IMG/VR virus record: IMGVR_UViG_2579778804_000007
Span: 1-34,195 of that record
Reading direction: 5' to 3' (one strand)
Origin: a virus
Taxonomy: Duplodnaviria > Heunggongvirae > Uroviricota > Caudoviricetes
DNA: 34,195 nt
Position 1 is the stretch's first letter. Each line of letters opens with the position of its first letter. The notes under the pieces were generated by a model that was not told the origin of the DNA, did no database searches, and was given only the letters and a program-made list of their open reading frames with translations. This document shows positions 27,225-34,195 of this stretch, piece by piece. Both the position numbers and the translations under genes were made by a program.

Positions 27225-27692
27225 ATGCCTGTTGCTATGGAGCAAGCAGACAAGAAGATTTTTTTCCATCTGTGGTACAGCTACTGGCTGGAAGAGATGG
27301 TTTTCATACTCAGCAATAAAGCCGCTGCCGTGTTGCGCGCCGGGGCACTGATTGCTGCGGTATTCTCCTTTCTTCTCGTAGGTTTCCCCGTCCTGATGAG
27401 TCTTTGCGGGCTGGCGTTTTTTGTTTTTTCCTGGTTTTGCAGTAAGTTTGAGTGCGTCGCCGAATGGGCGTGCTGGCAGAAACAGAGCTACCTTCGTCTG
27501 ATTACGCAAAGGGATTTCATGAGCACTGAACGCCTCATTGAGCGCATTCTGTACCTGGAGGAAACGAACAGCGCATTCATGAAGGCGTTTGTCAGGCCCG
27601 CAAAAAACAAAGCGAGCGCATCTGTTGGTCTGTCTGCCAGCGAGCATTTGCGTTACTCCGAAAGGTTAATCTGCTGGTTGTGCGGCTTCTGA
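27225..27692 (+). CDS. Membrane protein of unknown function, 155 aa, transcribed opposite to the flanking phage genes (moron)
   Basis: GGAGG 6 nt before ATG 27225 (track ORF starts at TTG 27219); two or three hydrophobic helices and an amphipathic C-terminal region; own promoter. Confidence 0.55.
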   Translation: MPVAMEQADKKIFFHLWYSYWLEEMVFILSNKAAAVLRAGALIAAVFSFLLVGFPVLMSLCGLAFFVFSWFCSKFECVAEWACWQKQSYLRLITQRDFMSTERLIERILYLEETNSAFMKAFVRPAKNKASASVGLSASEHLRYSERLICWLCGF

Positions 27693-28016
27693 CCGGCGAA
27701 GCAGCTGCGCGACGGTTTCGCTGGCTGCCCGGTCAGACGGGTATGACACTGGCATATTCAGCTTAAGTGCCATTGCGTACTCAGCCCGTGCGCCAGCGGA
27801 CTCTTCCCATCCATCCAGTAAGTAAATGACGTCGACACACATGAGCATCGGAATACAAATGCTCATGTACTGCTGTTGGCTTAATCCGTCCGGCAACATG
27901 GCAGGGCTCAGCACAACGTGCGCGGCTGCTTCGAGCTCCGTCGCCGCTATGGAAAACGCCGTTCTGTTGTGGTCTTTGTATCCGGTCATGGGACCTGCGA
28001 TATAAATCACTGCCAT
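27666..28016 (-). CDS. DUF4406-family protein (nucleoside 2-deoxyribosyltransferase-like fold)
   Basis: MAVIYIAGPMTG N-terminus and DGWEESAGARAE motif match recalled DUF4406 consensus. Confidence 0.6.
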   Translation of the reverse strand: MAVIYIAGPMTGYKDHNRTAFSIAATELEAAAHVVLSPAMLPDGLSQQQYMSICIPMLMCVDVIYLLDGWEESAGARAEYAMALKLNMPVSYPSDRAASETVAQLLRRSEAAQPAD

Positions 28017-28225
28017 GCTTTACCTCCCGTATTGCGTGTTGCTGTCAGCACGCGTACTTCTTCCACGTTCGTGGCGCAGAAGTGCGAACCGTTGATAAGG
28101 CGGATGTGATGCATCTCAGAATTGCGTGAGTCCTGGCGTGTCATGCCCTGGTCAATCAGGCTTTCGTCGACTTCATACTGACGGTCGTTGGCTGTGAATC
28201 TGATAACGGTTGACTCCTTGATCAT
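28007..28225 (-). CDS. Hypothetical small protein, 72 aa
   Basis: ORF in operon register, overlapping neighbours by a few nt. Confidence 0.4.
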   Translation of the reverse strand: MIKESTVIRFTANDRQYEVDESLIDQGMTRQDSRNSEMHHIRLINGSHFCATNVEEVRVLTATRNTGGKAWQ

Positions 28226-28458
28226 TGCTTGACTCCTTGCCCGGCAGATTTCTCGTTGAGCTGCTTTTTAAGGGCGGCGATTTCACTTTCCTGATCCTGA
28301 ATTACCTGGATTGCTTCCATGGTGATCCTCAGTGAAATCGCTGAAGAGATAACGACCTTTGGTCTTCCAGCGGCTGCGGCAGCTCTTGCTGTTTCCTTGT
28401 GTGCATGGGCGATGAGACGCAATTCCCGCAAAAGCCCTTTGTTGTTTTCGCTATTCAT
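28222..28458 (-). CDS. Hypothetical small protein, 78 aa
   Basis: ORF in operon register; coiled-coil-like C-terminus. Confidence 0.4.
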   Translation of the reverse strand: MNSENNKGLLRELRLIAHAHKETARAAAAAGRPKVVISSAISLRITMEAIQVIQDQESEIAALKKQLNEKSAGQGVKQ

Positions 28459-28493
28459 TTCCTGACTCCGGCGTTACTGATTCATCTGTTTAT

Positions 28494-29474
28494 TCACGTA
28501 TTGGCTGTGGCAAACATTGCGCTGTAAGTTGCATCTCCCGTTACCGGTCCGCAGTCCGGGCAGTAGCCACCGCCATGGCGACCGCAGGCGTTGCACTGTC
28601 TCAGGGTGGCGATAACCTCCGGTGCTGATTCCCGGGTTCTTGCGCCAACGCTTCGTGGTGCCTGTATGCAGTTCATCCGGTAACCCCGATAAATGCGTCG
28701 TGTTTCCGGTGTGTCGGAATTGGAGATGGTGATGCTGGTCATGCCGCCCGTTTCCTGTGAAAGGCGGTCAAGCGCTGCCCTCAGACGAACGTGCTCGCCT
28801 TCATCGAATGGTTTTCCGTAGGCGGTAAAATTGTCCCGGCCACTGAATTGCAGGTAAGGGGGATCGCAGTACACGCAAAGCGTGTTACCCATGCTGAACA
28901 GGTGGCTGGCACAGCTCAGCGTTTTTCGAAAATCGCCATGAACAAGCAGTGTTCGGGTGCTGTTTGCCTTGTCTGCAAATGCGCGGATTTCCCGTTCAGG
29001 GAAGTAGGGGGTCCGGTAGCCGCCGAAAGAAACGTTAAAGTCACCTTTTCCGTTCACCCGGTACAGGCCATTAAAGCAGTGCCGGTTGAGATACAAAAAC
29101 ATGGCGGCCAGTCGCAGTTCACGGCGGTCTCTCATTCCCGTTCTGCTACTCAGGAAGGCATGATTCTCTGCGTTAAAGGTTTCGCGAATGATGAGATAGT
29201 CACCCCTGTTGTTGTGGTTCAGGAACAGGGTTTTCGCCTCGTCGATCAGGCTGTCGGTGTTGTCCCTGGCTTGCCGGTAGAAATTAATCAGCGCACCATT
29301 GGAATCACCCAGGATGTAACGCTTGTAACTGGTGTTCATGAATACCGATGCGCCACCCACAAACGGCTCAACCAGGCAGTCTGCTTCTGGCAGATGCGCC
29401 TTCAGTGTGTTCATGATGCGACTTTTTCCGCCCACCCATTTCAGCGGCGTACCGGATAACAGTTCTTTGCTCAT
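28494..29474 (-). CDS. dam: DNA adenine methyltransferase (Dam-like) with C-terminal Cys4 zinc-ribbon extension
   Basis: DPPY catalytic motif and N-terminal SAM-binding region; C-terminal CNAC-x9-CPDC. Confidence 0.8.
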   Translation of the reverse strand: MSKELLSGTPLKWVGGKSRIMNTLKAHLPEADCLVEPFVGGASVFMNTSYKRYILGDSNGALINFYRQARDNTDSLIDEAKTLFLNHNNRGDYLIIRETFNAENHAFLSSRTGMRDRRELRLAAMFLYLNRHCFNGLYRVNGKGDFNVSFGGYRTPYFPEREIRAFADKANSTRTLLVHGDFRKTLSCASHLFSMGNTLCVYCDPPYLQFSGRDNFTAYGKPFDEGEHVRLRAALDRLSQETGGMTSITISNSDTPETRRIYRGYRMNCIQAPRSVGARTRESAPEVIATLRQCNACGRHGGGYCPDCGPVTGDATYSAMFATANT

Positions 29475-29677
29475 AACGCGGCCTCTTTGTTATAGGTTTC
29501 GTGCGTTAATAAATCCCATGACACCCCGTTGTTTTTGCTCAGCAGTCGCCAGCGAAAACCGATTCTTATTACCAGGTAGTCGTGGGGTTTTATGCGTGAA
29601 AAATTCCGCACGCCGTCGCGGAATAAACGCAGTGATGCGCGGGCTTTTCTTTCCACGTTCAGGGGGGGCAGCAACAC
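29471..29677 (-). CDS. Hypothetical small protein, 68 aa (GTG start), coupled to dam
   Basis: Stop overlaps dam ATG (ATGA); an alternative overlapping 63-aa ORF exists (29490..29681). Confidence 0.3.
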   Translation of the reverse strand: MLLPPLNVERKARASLRLFRDGVRNFSRIKPHDYLVIRIGFRWRLLSKNNGVSWDLLTHETYNKEAAL

Positions 29678-29706
29678 ACATTCAGGATGGCGACCATAGC
29701 TTCACC

Positions 29707-30297
29707 TCATATGCTCAGGAATGGTGTTGTGAAGCGTTGCCAGATTTCTGACACGACCTTTGCCTGGTAAATGGCATCGCCCAGTGCAGTGTGAGCAATG
29801 GTCTCTTTGCCTGATCGGCCTGGCATTCTCCAGCCGGAGGACTTAGCCATGTCGATAAGCGAACGCATACAGCGCTCGTTCCAGTAGCGCCACGGAACGC
29901 TTTTTTCTCCGGCCGTGCGCTTTATGGCGGATCTCAGGATCGGGAAATCAAAGGATGCGCCCTTGCACCATACGATCAGTTGATTGCCTAGGGTTTCGTC
30001 TTGCATGTTGCGCGAAATGAACGCCAGAAATTCGGTTACTGCCGCAAGTTCTGTTCCCTCTGCGTTGAGCAGGCAGGCTCTGGCCTTCGCGGATTCCCCG
30101 GCCCACCATACGGCGGTTGATGCATTGACGGTTCCGCCGTTGCGCTCTGAATCCACCGGGTCGATGAGTTTCTCAAACTGCTTGCCCAGCTTTCCGGTGA
30201 ACGGGTCGAAAAACACCGCGCCGATCGCGAATATGACTGCATCCGGTCCGGTACCCAGTGTTTCGGTGTCGATCATGAGATGGTTCACTGTGTGCAC
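29707..30297 (-). CDS. DEDD-type 3'-5' exonuclease (DnaQ-like fold)
   Basis: LMIDTETLG Exo I motif near N-terminus and later H/D motifs; start codon uncertain (GTG candidates at 30297 and 30288). Confidence 0.6.
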   Translation of the reverse strand: MHTVNHLMIDTETLGTGPDAVIFAIGAVFFDPFTGKLGKQFEKLIDPVDSERNGGTVNASTAVWWAGESAKARACLLNAEGTELAAVTEFLAFISRNMQDETLGNQLIVWCKGASFDFPILRSAIKRTAGEKSVPWRYWNERCMRSLIDMAKSSGWRMPGRSGKETIAHTALGDAIYQAKVVSEIWQRFTTPFLSI

Positions 30298-30518
30298 TCC
30301 TTCTGTTCGGCGTTGTTCGTGAGCGTTGCAATCAGTCGTTCAATGGATGAACAGGTTTCCTCCGGGGAGGTGTGCTTCTCTCTCGCTGTGTCAACCAGGT
30401 CACGCAGTAATTCGCAGATATGCGCACGTTCGGCTTTTCTTGCGGTCATGCTGATGTGTGCATGTGGCTGTTCCGGTCTGGCGGTTATTTCTCTGCTGGG
30501 TGATTCGGCAGTTCTCAT
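30285..30518 (-). CDS. Hypothetical small protein, 77 aa
   Basis: AGGAG 7 nt upstream of ATG 30518 (track ORF extends to 30542); stop overlaps exonuclease start. Confidence 0.4.
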   Translation of the reverse strand: MRTAESPSREITARPEQPHAHISMTARKAERAHICELLRDLVDTAREKHTSPEETCSSIERLIATLTNNAEQKECTQ

Positions 30519-30623
30519 TTGTTGACTCCTGAAAAAAGACAAAGGGAAGCCGAAGGCATGAGTGCCTTAATTAATTGCTTGTGTGTTTTCTGGTGTTATT
30601 CCGCTCCTGCTTTCGGCTTCAGA

Positions 30624-30719
30624 TTATCCCCAGATCTTCAGGGCTAACCAGATAAGCGCGCACACCTGAAATATCAGCCATACAGTGGCGATGGTGAGTA
30701 TTGCTTTTACATTCTTCAT
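30624..30719 (-). CDS. Short hydrophobic peptide, 31 aa
   Basis: MKNVKAILTIATVWLIFQVCALIWLALKIWG; single TM helix; no clear ribosome-binding site, 12 nt after the upstream peptide stop; not in ORF track. Confidence 0.35.
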   Translation of the reverse strand: MKNVKAILTIATVWLIFQVCALIWLALKIWG

Positions 30720-30731
30720 AAAGTTTTTGCT

Positions 30732-30857
30732 TTATTTGCGGCGTTTGTCGCCAGTAAAAAATAATTCGATATCCTTCAGTGCGTGGATAATTCGCATAAT
30801 GCCGATTGCCATAAGCACGGAGATAATCAGAATTACCCATGAAAGAAATATGCTCAT
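30732..30857 (-). CDS. Short hydrophobic peptide, 41 aa
   Basis: MSIFLSWVILIISVLMAIGIMRIIHALKDIELFFTGDKRRK; AGGAG 7 nt upstream; ATG overlaps TGA of the upstream 80-aa gene (ATGA); not in ORF track. Confidence 0.45.
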   Translation of the reverse strand: MSIFLSWVILIISVLMAIGIMRIIHALKDIELFFTGDKRRK

Positions 30858-31096
30858 GCTGCCGCTCCTGTGAAGTAAGGCTCAACAATTTCACCTTCAA
30901 ACAGTTCGGCCACAATAACTTTTAATTCTTCCAGTGCTTCGCGGTCATCGCTGCCCAGCGCGCAGTTATACAGTCCCATAATTGCGCCGCGCAGTGAGTT
31001 ACGAAGGCTTTCATCCTTAGTTACGCCCCGGTTTGCAAGTTCGAAGTGGTAACGCTGCAACGCGTTATTAATAAGTATTTTGTAGGCTTCGATCAT
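30854..31096 (-). CDS. Hypothetical protein, 80 aa
   Basis: ORF in operon register, coupled to the downstream short peptide gene. Confidence 0.45.
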   Translation of the reverse strand: MIEAYKILINNALQRYHFELANRGVTKDESLRNSLRGAIMGLYNCALGSDDREALEELKVIVAELFEGEIVEPYFTGAAA

Positions 31097-31115
31097 GGCT
31101 GAATCCTTTTATTTA

Positions 31116-31454
31116 TCAGCGGCGATGTTCCGGGTGCTGAAAACTGCGACCGCTGATTAACCGGTCTGCCGTTCTTAATGCTTCGTGCAGGGTGAAATCC
31201 TGCCCGAACTGCTCATCTCCGCGAGTCAGGGAGTAACAGGTATTTCCGGTAATCGGGTTGCGTGCGCCTCTGTGTATGACAATTCCGGCATCATTAATCA
31301 GCCAGGTGTGTTTACCGGTTTGTTTAACCAGATGCCCGTCAGGTGTGGCGTGCGTTTCCTGCAGACTGTAGTGCGTGTTGCTGCGTGATGCACTGGTTGA
31401 GAAACGGGCTGCGTGGCGTTCTGTGCCAGTGCGGAAGCTGCGTCGCTGTGTCAT
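31116..31454 (-). CDS. Hypothetical protein, 112 aa
   Basis: ORF following a 300-bp gap that holds a palindromic operator-like site. Confidence 0.45.
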   Translation of the reverse strand: MTQRRSFRTGTERHAARFSTSASRSNTHYSLQETHATPDGHLVKQTGKHTWLINDAGIVIHRGARNPITGNTCYSLTRGDEQFGQDFTLHEALRTADRLISGRSFQHPEHRR

Positions 31455-31489
31455 ATCGGAAAACCCCGTTTAAGTTAAATGAAAATCAG

Positions 31490-31530
31490 TACCGGGATGT
31501 TTAACCACGCCCGGCGCGTGGTATTCTGGT
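31490..31530. promoter_or_regulatory. Palindrome CCACGC-ccggc-GCGTGG inside a promoter-like TTTAAC...TATTCT arrangement; candidate operator between divergent transcription units
   Basis: Inverted repeat seen directly in the gap between minus-strand early genes, just upstream of the + strand ORF at 31562. Confidence 0.35.
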
Positions 31531-31561
31531 GTTTCCACACAACCAGAAAAAGGAGATAGCA

Positions 31562-31786
31562 ATGTCTTACGACGATGAATTAATAAAAATGCTTAAATCA
31601 GTAATTGAAATCGTGGATAAAATCCCCGAAGTTCCTCCGTCTTCTGATGATAAGTACGATCAAATCAGAGATCTGGCTAACGATGTCCGCGAAAAAGTAC
31701 TTCATAAATACCCTCGCAAGAGTTCCTGGAACTTTTCTAAGGGACCAACATGCCGGGTTACTCCGGCATTTTTCTTTTGTAAATAG
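31562..31786 (+). CDS. Hypothetical + strand protein, 74 aa, in AT-rich island
   Basis: AGGAG 8 nt upstream of ATG 31562; convergent with, and 3'-overlapping, the minus-strand 131-aa gene. Confidence 0.4.
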   Translation: MSYDDELIKMLKSVIEIVDKIPEVPPSSDDKYDQIRDLANDVREKVLHKYPRKSSWNFSKGPTCRVTPAFFFCK

Positions 31787-32153
31787 TGGTTTTATTAAGT
31801 GCTATTTCTCCGAATATATCCACAGCCTGCTCAACGGGCAGATTAATCATTATTCCACGGGTTGCGTATAGCATTATTCCGATGCATCCATTTTCTCTAC
31901 TTTCGCAAAAGTGCCCGAACTCTGCTTCTGGTTTAAGTATCAGGTCATCAATGTTTTCATTCGCTTTTAGCTTTGAACAAAAGTTAATTAATCCTTTAAG
32001 CTCTTTGTGTAACTCGCTATAGGTTGTTGTGATTGTTATTTTCGGTGAGCCTTCCAGATGCATCAATATCGTGGCGTCCTTGTGTTCCTCTTTCAGGAGG
32101 CTTAACTGCTTAAGGACGGTTGCGGTTTTTTCTGATTTATTTTTGCCGCTCAT
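31758..32153 (-). CDS. Hypothetical protein, 131 aa, AT-rich, second gene of early operon
   Basis: Start 6 nt after the Cox-like gene stop; markedly lower GC than surrounding phage genes. Confidence 0.5.
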   Translation of the reverse strand: MSGKNKSEKTATVLKQLSLLKEEHKDATILMHLEGSPKITITTTYSELHKELKGLINFCSKLKANENIDDLILKPEAEFGHFCESRENGCIGIMLYATRGIMINLPVEQAVDIFGEIALNKTTIYKRKMPE

Positions 32154-32159
32154 CGATCA

Positions 32160-32684
32160 TCACCGTTCGTTTACATCCTGGCTCTGTTCCAGCTTTGACT
32201 TTCTGCCTTTGTAAACCCGTTTTCCATTGACGGTCTGGCAATCTTCCTTATCAGCCGGGGTAAACTTTCTTTTCTGGCGGTCGTATGTCCAGTAGCTTTT
32301 CCAGTTGTGCCATTCTGGTGGCTCACATTCCGGGAGTTCGTCGGCCAGCTTGTCCCACTCTCTGACGTTAAACCACCAAACACCATCCGAATTCTCATCT
32401 TCAGGGTTTGAGCGGGTTTTATGCCCTGGCATCTGGTTACGCTGAAGAGCTGCGCGTAATGCTGTTTTTGTTAATCCGATGTAGGCGGCCCCTTTTTCAA
32501 GTGAGCAAAGCCCGGCTATTGGGCCATCCAGCCGCAGGGTTGCCCCTTTTTTATATGTGCGCTGTGGCTTTTGTTCGTCGTTGTTATCTGTTGCTTCTTG
32601 TTGACTGGTATCGGCGTTGATGTACGCCGCTCCAGTTGTGTGATCGGTGTCAGATAACTCTTTATCGGCAATGAAGTCCCGCAT
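32160..32684 (-). CDS. Cox-like helix-turn-helix protein (putative excisionase / early regulator) with acidic N-terminal extension, 174 aa
   Basis: First gene of the early operon, divergent from the repressor; HTH AAYIGLTKTALRAALQRN then Trp-rich segment resembling P2 Cox; GAGAGGA ribosome-binding site. Confidence 0.45.
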   Translation of the reverse strand: MRDFIADKELSDTDHTTGAAYINADTSQQEATDNNDEQKPQRTYKKGATLRLDGPIAGLCSLEKGAAYIGLTKTALRAALQRNQMPGHKTRSNPEDENSDGVWWFNVREWDKLADELPECEPPEWHNWKSYWTYDRQKRKFTPADKEDCQTVNGKRVYKGRKSKLEQSQDVNER

Positions 32685-32785
32685 TTGTTATCCTCTCGCA
32701 CAGGTGCGCCTATTGCACCTTATGAAGGTTTGTTTTGGTTTGTTTAATGTCGAAATTACGACACTTTTGCGAGGATTTTAGTGGT
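32685..32785. promoter_or_regulatory. Immunity switch region: divergent early and repressor promoters with inverted repeat GGTGC-gcctatt-GCACC (candidate operator)
   Basis: Intergenic between divergent Cox-like and repressor genes; palindrome seen directly; promoter hexamers not confidently assigned. Confidence 0.4.
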
Positions 32786-33133
32786 ATGAATTCGACACTG
32801 TCAATAAGTATCGGTGAAAAAATCTTGATGATCCGGAAAAGTGAGAGGCTTACAAGGAAGCAATTCTTTGAGCTTACAGGGATTCCTGTTAATACGCAGA
32901 GGTATTACGAAACGGGAAGGCAAGATGGAATCGGAAGTGAGATCTTATTAAAGATCACAAAAAATTTACGTTTTAAAAAATATGCACTTTGGTTAACAAC
33001 TGATGAAACGTTTGAAGCTGGAGGTCAAATTGCCCCGGCTCTCTCTCTTGATGGATCTTCTCAGTCGGAGGGCGATCTGGCTTCAATCGACGTTACCCAA
33101 AAATCATCCCGATCAGGCCGCAATGCTGGCTGA
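32786..33133 (+). CDS. CI-type immunity repressor (XRE-family helix-turn-helix)
   Basis: HTH IRKSERLTRKQFFELTGIPVNTQRYYETGR; start at ATG 32786 (track ORF from 32735); immediately upstream of the integrase, as P2 C-int. Confidence 0.7.
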   Translation: MNSTLSISIGEKILMIRKSERLTRKQFFELTGIPVNTQRYYETGRQDGIGSEILLKITKNLRFKKYALWLTTDETFEAGGQIAPALSLDGSSQSEGDLASIDVTQKSSRSGRNAG

Positions 33134-33202
33134 CGTTACACATCGAGCGGGTTTCATCCCGCAGGGAGTGTTTGGTTAATTTATCCGTTGGAGGGGCTAA
33201 TC

Positions 33203-34195
33203 ATGTCGATTAAGCAACTCAAAGACGGACGTTATAAGGTTGATGTAAGGCCACAAGGGACGGAAGGAAAGCGGATTCGTAAGATTTTTACCCTGAAGTC
33301 AAAGGCGCAGGAGTTTGAAAGGTATGTTTTGCAGAATTTTCATGATAAGCCATGGCAGGCTAAGCCAGTAGATCAGCGTCGGTTATCCGAACTGATAGAG
33401 GCCTGGTGGTTGCTTGATGGTCGTAACCAGGATTACGGGGATACCTACAGGGTCAGACTGGAAAAGATAAACCGTGAGATGGGTGATCCTCGTGCCAGTC
33501 AGATGACGCGAAAATTTATGCTCGGGTACCGGTCCGACAAATTACAGGCCGGGTTAATGCCTTCCAGCATTAACCGCGATTTGTGTGCCTTGTCTGCAAT
33601 GTTCAGCTCGCTGATTGAGGGTGAGGTGTTCCATAACGAAAACCCGGTTCGGGGAATACGTAAGCTGAAAGTCAGGAACACAGAGATGGCCTTTCTTTCA
33701 GATGAGGAGATTGAACGACTGCTTGAACGACTCGATGGAGATGCGCGGCGTGTTGCCATTCTGTGTCTTTCCACGGGGGCAAGGTGGGGTGAAGCAGCTG
33801 GTTTACGTGGGGAACATATTGTAGGTAACCGCGTGATGTTCTTTAACACCAAGAACGGAAAATCTCGTGCCGTTCCCGTTTCTGATGCGGTACTTGCGTT
33901 AATTAAAACCCGCAGAACCGGATTGTTGTACCAGGCTGATTACCTCAGATTTCGGGAGATCCTTCAGGAGGTGAAGCCGGACTTGCCGAAAGGGCAGGCC
34001 ACCCATGTCATGCGTCATACATTCGCTACACATTTCATGATGAATGGCGGAAATATCGTTACGCTACAACGAATCCTGGGCCATGCCACGATTCAACAAA
34101 CGATGACGTATGCGCATTTTTCGCCGGACTTTTTACAGGATGCAATCAGCTTTAATCCGCTGGCTGAAAGTGTCCATAAACTGTCCATCGATTAG
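33203..34195 (+). CDS. int: Tyrosine site-specific integrase (P2 Int-like)
   Basis: C-terminal catalytic motifs HVMRHTFATH and LGHATIQQTMTYAHF; GGAGGGG ribosome-binding site before ATG 33203; stop codon at 34193-34195, the last bases of the window. Confidence 0.9.
   Translation: MSIKQLKDGRYKVDVRPQGTEGKRIRKIFTLKSKAQEFERYVLQNFHDKPWQAKPVDQRRLSELIEAWWLLDGRNQDYGDTYRVRLEKINREMGDPRASQMTRKFMLGYRSDKLQAGLMPSSINRDLCALSAMFSSLIEGEVFHNENPVRGIRKLKVRNTEMAFLSDEEIERLLERLDGDARRVAILCLSTGARWGEAAGLRGEHIVGNRVMFFNTKNGKSRAVPVSDAVLALIKTRRTGLLYQADYLRFREILQEVKPDLPKGQATHVMRHTFATHFMMNGGNIVTLQRILGHATIQQTMTYAHFSPDFLQDAISFNPLAESVHKLSID

Larger units (their letters stand above)
1668..34195. mobile_element. P2-like temperate myovirus prophage; right end (integrase) continues to or past the window edge
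   Basis: Contiguous modules for integrase/repressor, gpA replication, terminase/portal/scaffold/capsid, contractile tail and lysis; left limit set at the late-operon terminator but the true att site was not located. Confidence 0.85.

Noticed and set aside
26529-27647. 372-codon stop-free minus-strand frame spanning the intergenic repeats and the antisense of the + strand membrane gene
   Set aside because: The translation is Ser/Thr/Arg/Pro-rich with no hydrophobic core pattern, reads through a terminator hairpin and repeat array, and overlaps the better-supported 75-aa gene in another frame. Its length is statistically unusual, so this rejection should be confirmed by comparative analysis.
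30619-30915. 98-aa minus-strand track ORF covering the two short hydrophobic ORFs
   Set aside because: Not fully rejected. The two short frames have better start signals (ribosome-binding site, ATGA coupling) and membrane-peptide character, while this frame is His/Arg/Tyr-rich and odd; comparative data are needed.
1-34195. CRISPR array, tRNA/rRNA genes, transposase or IS element
   Set aside because: No regularly spaced identical repeats of CRISPR length, no tRNA-like cloverleaf recognised, and no transposase-like ORF; the only mobile element evident is the prophage.

Overview
The window is almost entirely one P2-like temperate myovirus prophage (about 1.7-34.2 kb), with a short left flank (1-1.7 kb) carrying two tandem hok-family type I toxin loci and a repeat-dense non-coding stretch. 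Reading right to left: tyrosine integrase and CI-type repressor on the + strand at the right edge, a divergent minus-strand early operon (Cox-like protein, small unknowns, DEDD exonuclease, Dam methyltransferase, DUF4406 protein, gpA rolling-circle replication protein), then + strand terminase large subunit, portal and Ogr-like activator, and a long minus-strand late operon (scaffold, major capsid, small terminase, head completion, tail completion, sheath, tube, lysis cassette, frameshifted tail chaperone, tape measure, baseplate, tail fibre, fibre assembly, two unknown proteins, hub/spike). The head, replication and immunity modules follow P2 order; the tail module is rearranged, with the lysis cassette between tube and chaperone. 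Candidate accessory cargo: the hok loci, a + strand membrane-protein moron with its own promoter (27.2 kb), an AT-rich island with a convergent gene pair (31.5-32.2 kb), two short hydrophobic ORFs (30.6-30.9 kb), and three small genes after gpA in the position of the P2 tin/old hotspot. All calls are from reading the sequence and recalled family features; no searches were run. Hand-derived coordinates may be off by 1-2 bp. No rRNA, tRNA, CRISPR array or transposase was seen.
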